A stretch of 64,000 nucleotides of DNA from Eutreptiella sp. 'Long Island Sound 2002' (Eukaryota; Protista; Euglenida). Shown here in pieces: positions 57,922 to 64,000 of this stretch. Location of the stretch: NCBI GenBank assembly GCA_964036045.1, contig OZ038379.1:19964001-20028000 (forward strand). Direction: 5' to 3'. Positions within the stretch are counted from its first letter, which is position 1. Each line of letters begins with the position of its first letter. A model generated the notes under the pieces. It was not told the DNA's origin. It saw nothing but the letters and a program-made list of their open reading frames with translations, and ran no database searches. Both the position numbers and the translations under genes were made by a program.

Positions 57922-60915
57922 CCGCACTGCCTGCAGCCCATGCACCAGTCCTGGGGGGCCGCGCGTTCAATCAGCGGAGAGCGTCATCACCAATGCTCCC
58001 AGGAAAGAGCCCCCTGAGACGTGAATTGCGACACGTTGTGCTCTGGTTCAGGTTTCTGGGCCGGCTCTGATCTGTTGCATCTGATCGGTCGGGCGGCCAT
58101 CATCCGGCAGACCACCTACCCCACAAGGGTCCGGGTTCATACGGGGGAGTGCGCCATGCCTTTGGCTCCCCACGGCCCAACAACAGAGGGGATGTTGTAG
58201 CCCACAGCGTGGCTCCAAGGGCCTCTGGCTGTGGGTACATGTGATCTACAAGGCTCCCCTGCCTTCAGGTTAATTAGTCCAAAGTCCACCTGGGGTTCAC
58301 CTGGAGTTTCTGTTTATATTCGGCAACCACCGCTGGCGCCGGTGTCAATACCTCTTGTTCACACCAGCCCTGCCAGGGGCATCTGCAGGTGCCGCCAACG
58401 AAGGCTATCCCAACCACCGCCACACGCCACGTGTGTCACGAAGGGGCTGCGCACCCCCTACAACCGTAACCTGTTGCCTTCCAGCCGGCAGCGTCACCCT
58501 TTAGCCTCGTTTCCATCGCAGGCACCGCCAGCGTCGGACCCACCGGTGATCTTCGTGTCTTCGGTCCACAGTCGCGTGGCCTCGAGAACAGGAGGGGATG
58601 TGGGACTGGGGCCTGTTCACAGTTGGTGGAGCGCGCGTCGCCATATGGAACGCGTAGCTCGCACAGTTTTTTTGGATATCTTTTACCATTTCCTTGTTCA
58701 CGGGTGCGGCTGGTTCTACGCATTCGGCCACTGTGCCGGGCAACGACAGTAGGTACCCCATAGGCCCCCTGCAGCACGGCCTTCGGCACACCCACACGCA
58801 CACCCAAACCGCACACACAGTCCCTGTGTTGCGCGAGTTTGCGTCCGGAGTCTGCTCAGTTGTCAGTGGCAACCCCACGGCCCTTCGGATGAGGCGCACT
58901 TCAGAGCTATTTGTCATTGTATCTTTGGGATGTCCTCGGGGTATAGCATCGGTGCGGAATCCCGCAACTGCATGCGCTGCGACCCCCCCTACGCAGTGCC
59001 CCGGCATCCCCCGCGGCGTGTGCATTGCTTCTGTTGAGACTTGGGCTTGTCTCGGAGGCACTGAGATTGTGCTGGAGCGCGGGTTGTACACGATTAGACC
59101 GGCAGGAGATCCGGGCGGTGTTAGGATTTGCTGCCGCACACGCCCACCGGTGCTCAAGGTCGCAGACAGGCCAAAGGAGGGGCTGCCCCCCCGTTGTCCC
59201 TTTGGTCTGCGAAACCCTCCGCTTTCATGTCTGCCCCCAGTGGCCCGCAGGTAATGGACTGCGTTCCGTCCGTACGTGTTCTGCCACCCCCCCCCCCCCT
59301 GTCACGCAGACATCGCGTGTGGGGGCGACTTCAGGATGTGCATCGGGAACGGGATCTGTGTGCATCACTGCCCATGTTGGGTTGTCTGAAGGGAGTGTAG
59401 GGGTGAGCCCTCGATGGCCTGTCATCGGGTACCATGTCTCGGGCATGCGCTCCACATGGTTGCGCATGACCACCAGCCCTGCCAAAAACAACATCGGGCG
59501 TTGTTGCCGCACTTTCTGCTGCCTTTTGCCTTTGGGCGGGGGTGGGGGGGGGCTGACGGTCTTTGTGAGATATCCCGGAGATCCGGAGGACGAGGACACA
59601 AGGAATGCGCACTGTGATTCGGGTTGGGGGGTGTTTCCGGAAAACGGCTGCAGAGGGCTGATGGGAGCCGCTGTGTCTCCCGCTTGCGCATTCCCACATC
59701 ATTTATTGATGCCTTGCCCCTGAAGGGTAAATGCAAACTACGCTACTGGGTGGCCTGGTTCCAATATCACATCCTCTTGGGGGTTGCCGGGCTCCAAATG
59801 CCACCAGGGGACCCGGGCGCCCAGACACAGCCTTCCAAGTCCATCTCTCCGTGGTTCAGCAAGCTATGTGGGTGCAAAGTGACCCCAAACCCCATGCACA
59901 AAAATCTGCAGGACCAATTTCGCTACTGACAATCAAGACACAAACAAAAACCCTCACAGCGTACCCTGCCCAGCGCAGATCTTGTACACAAGTTCTGGAG
60001 GCACCGTACTTCATGAAGACAAAAGCCATGGCCCTCCGACTACTCAGTGCCCACATAGAAACCTGCCACCGACATGCACTCATGGACTACTTGGAGGCAC
60101 CATGCCACGCCCCGCCTGCCGCCGCCCCTACGCTGACCCTCGTACTTGAACACTGCACCCCACTGATGCGCGCCCTTGACCAGTGCAGACACGACGTTTG
60201 TCGAGTCCTACAACATCACCTACTAACACACTGGAGCTAGGCTGAGCAGCTACACACGACGATGCCACAAACACTACCAGGCTACCTGCAGCACCGCCCT
60301 CCGATTGTACACGCAAGCGACACACACCGCACATGCGCAAGTGCGCCGCACCTCTGTAGGAGACATGCCGTGTAGCCGCACTGCCTGACTTCACGGCTCC
60401 TTTTACACTAGATCTGACGTAACCTTTTCACTACAACTGTGACATCTAGTTCTCGACTATATATGCAACAGATTGATCTTGGGTTGCTTTGGCGTGGCAG
60501 TACCCACTGCACTACCATGCACCAGAGTAACCTGCCGGCACAGGTCTAGGTTCTCCCCACGGGGCACACGATTAATCGTGTGACTGAACTGTGCCCTGCA
60601 GCACTAGTGTAGGGACCGGGTAGTCAGCCTGAGCGCCTTACTGCTACTCAGCACAGGCCTGATGGAAATATATGGATATGAAAGGGCTGACGGGAGTCAC
60701 TTCGTAGCGTCGTCGCACGTCCTCTTGTCGTTGCCGGGATGCGTAGGTACCGGTGCACATCTCCAGGACATGAGCTCGTGGGACAGAAAGGTACCAGGGG
60801 TCGTCTGATGGGCGCGAGCCGCGCTGAGCCTCTTTTCCGCCTCACGTGCTGACGGGTGCAGTGATCGCATTGGGGGGTATTGGCACTGCACCCGAATTCT
60901 GGTGCGAAGCCAGGC

Positions 60916-61056
60916 CCATCTGGTGCCCTGAGCACGTGTCATTTCTCGGTCCAATCCTCCCCGAGCACCGCGTGCGCTTTTGCTGGCGATTGCTGTTGCC
61001 ATCACTGCACAGGGCCAGGTGCAGCCCCTTCACTCGTCTAACCACTGACCCCGGGG
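60916..61056 (+). repeat. Dispersed repeat, copy 2 (copy 1 at 32220-32361)
   Basis: Same sequence as copy 1, same orientation. Confidence 0.85.
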
Positions 61057-64000
61057 CATATTCAATGTTTTCGGGCGTGTCGGGGGCCGATGGGGTCCCT
61101 CCCCCCCCGGCTGCTTCCAGACGCCCCAACCTACGCCAAATGAGAACAGCAGTTTTGCTGAGGATGTCATGGAAAGGGCTGAGGTGGTTGCAAGGCATCA
61201 CCTGATGCAAGGCGTGTGCCCGGGTCTTAGGCTGCTCGTCGGGGGTGTTCACTGGCTCAGACGTTGAAATGCCCTATTTTATATTCATTCATCGTGAACG
61301 GTGAATGGGGGTTCGCCCCATTTGTGTGCATTCCGAATGCTCGGCATGGGACGTGAAACGCGGAAATGCCCCACAAACCGAACAAGTTTTGGAAGCCCCC
61401 CCCCTCTCCCCCAACCTCCGGATCCCCCGCTCACACCGTGACGGCTGGGGTCTGGAGTTGCACTGACACCACGGATCTGCGCGATTTGCACATCTTTAGA
61501 CATCAAAACAGCCCCTGGACCGGGAAGAGGGGGCGGGCGTTGCTGCGGACAGTCCGCCTGCGATTGCGTGGCCTCTGGTTTGTACTTTATTTCTTTATTG
61601 GTGAGCCCCAACGGGCCCTGAACTGCACTATGACGAGTCCAAAAAGGGGGGAACGGGGATGAGGGGGTGCCGTGCATGTGCCGCTGAGGACGGACCCGCC
61701 GGGCTGGCCCTGGCACCCCTGATCCCTGTGCCCTGTGCCTCATGCGCCCGATGCATCGGGAGGACCCGGAGGCAGGAAGTGTTCGCCCGAGCGGTCGTAC
61801 CATGGAACGCCGGTCCGCTTTCCAATGGCCGACTGCCACGTGATCTAGACCCGCCCCCGGCGCCTTGCGCAGGTCCCGCGGTCCGGGGTCCGTCCAGCGC
61901 CTGGGTCTCACCCCGTCTCCCCTTCTACGACGCATAGTGCCAGAGCGAGGCATTGGGCGGTCGCTCCTTCAACCTGAGCCCGAAGCGCCGCTCGAAACGG
62001 AGGTCAGTGTGGGGCTTACGATCACAGCGCCATGTGTTGTCCATTCTCAAACTTTGCTGCCTCGTCGTCCGGTAGTGCCCACCCATTCCCACCTGCAGTA
62101 GCACCTCATGCAGTGCCCACCAGCCTCCCCCAACCCCCTACCCCTGCTCCTCCATACCCAGGCATACCCCATGCGTTGCGCAACCAATGCCCTGCCCGGA
62201 CCACACACCACAAGCCGTTGTTGCTGCAAGTTTTGATAGCACTTGGTCGTGGGCGGGTGTAGTGTGCTGATGGTGGTGTGACACATGATTTGCTGGCTGG
62301 GGATGGCGTGCTGTTGGCCGGGCTTGCCCAACCCCTTGCCCCAAATCTCACAGCTGTCAACAGGCACCCCCGGGGGGGACTGGTTCTCCTGTTGGCCATT
62401 GGATGAGGGCCGGTGTGGTCACATGGGGTCGAAGGGCCCTGGTTGTCCTTGCGGTCAGGGGGAAACAAACGTCCGACTGCCATTGCGCTGCCACCGACGA
62501 AACCACCGCCATCGGACTATCGTGGCATGGGCTCTCATCCAAACACCCCAACCGTCATCGGGTGCCCTGCAACCGCCATTAGGCCCCTGGGGCAAGCCAG
62601 GCCACGCACGGGGTCTCGGCAGGAAGACTGCCCACAGGAGGCAGCGTAACGGCCAAGGGTGGGCCCGACCGTCCCCGTGGGAAAAGGGTCATGTGCAAAC
62701 GATGCGGGCGAAGTCATTGTGATATTTGGAAAGAATTTCAGTGATCGTCAGGAACATAGGCACGGCCGCGATGGGCGGCTTCCCCACCACAACCGGCCAC
62801 ACCGCGCCTGTACAGTGCAATGGGCGTGAGTACTGTCCTTTGGGACCGGGCCTGATTCGGTACCGTTACCAATACACTGAGGCCTGGGGCCTTGTGCCGA
62901 AGGTGCATTGTTGGTGGGCAGACCTGCTGCAGTTGAACACTGGTTCACACTGTTTCTGCTCCATATTGCTCCCGTCTGCAGCTGCACCATGTCAACTGCG
63001 GTTGTGGTGTTGATTTCAGTGTGGTGTTCAGCGTTGCTTTGTTGTCCAGAAGCCTCTCAGTCTTACCATCGAAACACCAGAAGGCCGTTTACAAGCCACC
63101 AGAAATTAACAGCAACCAACTGGAGGTCAGTGCAACCGTCCACCAGGCACAAGCAATTACCAGCAACCATGCAGACACCACCAGGAGTGAGCAGCAACCA
63201 TCCAAAACTCATTTTGGGACCCTGTCTCCTTGACAAGGAGGGAGGGGGCACCGTCCAGTGGTCTCTAATGCATTTTGTTCCTGAGTCAAACAACAAATTT
63301 AGTGAGTTCCACCAGCGGCCCTGCAGACACTCGTGTGGATAAACCTTAAGTTATACAAACAACTTTCTGTTTTGCCACAGAGGGAGGGAGAGCAGCACTG
63401 TTTATGGGTGGCTCTGGGAGGGGTTACAGGGTCAGAGTAGCAGAGCTACAGTCTTTGTCTCCGCTTTGTACATTATTGATGAGAGTAGGCTGCCAGTCAG
63501 TTGAAATTAGCCCGCCCATTCCATCTCTGGCCCTCCTCTTTGCCAGGTCCAAGTAATGCAGGCACCAGGCCCTGGCCACTCTGGGCAGCTTTTTCTCAAT
63601 CTGATGGGCAACTTACAGCACCCATGCGGGGGCTAAGCAACACTCCTCTGCCATGGTTGTTGTATTGTGTTGTGTTGCATCCTGCTGCAGTGTGCTGTGC
63701 ATCATGCATTGTCACGTGCTGTTTCCTGGTTTGTACCTGCAACTGCATCTTACCTTCTCCCACCTTCTTCTGCAGGTCCTTGTGCCCTTCTTGGTCATTT
63801 TTGTCCCTGAAGTGGGATTTACTATTTCTCTGTCATCGGTCACCCCTGGTGCATATGTTTCCCAGGATATAGAAGCAACCATCCAGGAGGCACCAGGAAT
63901 TGACTGCCACCACCCACATACCCCTAGTGAGTCACCACGAAGTAACAGCAACCATATGGAAGCCAGCAAGAAGTAACAGAAGCCATCCAGGAGCTCTAGG

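Noticed and set aside
1-64000. Intact tRNA, rRNA, SL RNA or Fanzor/TnpB genes
   Set aside because: Only partial B-box fragments were seen. No full cloverleaf, rRNA, spliced-leader sequence or RuvC/zinc-ribbon motif was recognised by eye.

Overview
Eukaryotic, intron-rich, repeat-laden genomic DNA. GC-rich exons, many C/G homopolymer runs and a polypyrimidine-AG one base before an ATG suggest a euglenid-type protist; this is inference only. Two + strand protein genes were reconstructed by hand with GT-AG introns throughout. (1) About 857-31461: a roughly 1,200-aa protein with five IQ (calmodulin-binding) motifs, a Pro-rich segment and E-rich helical repeats, in 13-14 exons. Its 5' end and one internal junction are uncertain. 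(2) 36526-57921: a complete 10-exon gamma-glutamyltranspeptidase (1,998 nt CDS, 665 aa) with a type II membrane anchor and the catalytic Thr. Introns and spacers hold many transposon remnants: a Penelope-like RT C-terminus fused to a 183-bp tandem array, an hAT element with 8-bp TSD whose left end may be exonized, two TA-flanked MITEs, a Harbinger-like transposase remnant with a B-box, a split and inverted DIRS-type methyltransferase remnant, tRNA-derived SINE-like units and several satellites, including a 1.2-kb (ACN)n array. No rRNA, intact tRNA or CRISPR array is supported. All calls come from manual reading; no searches were run.
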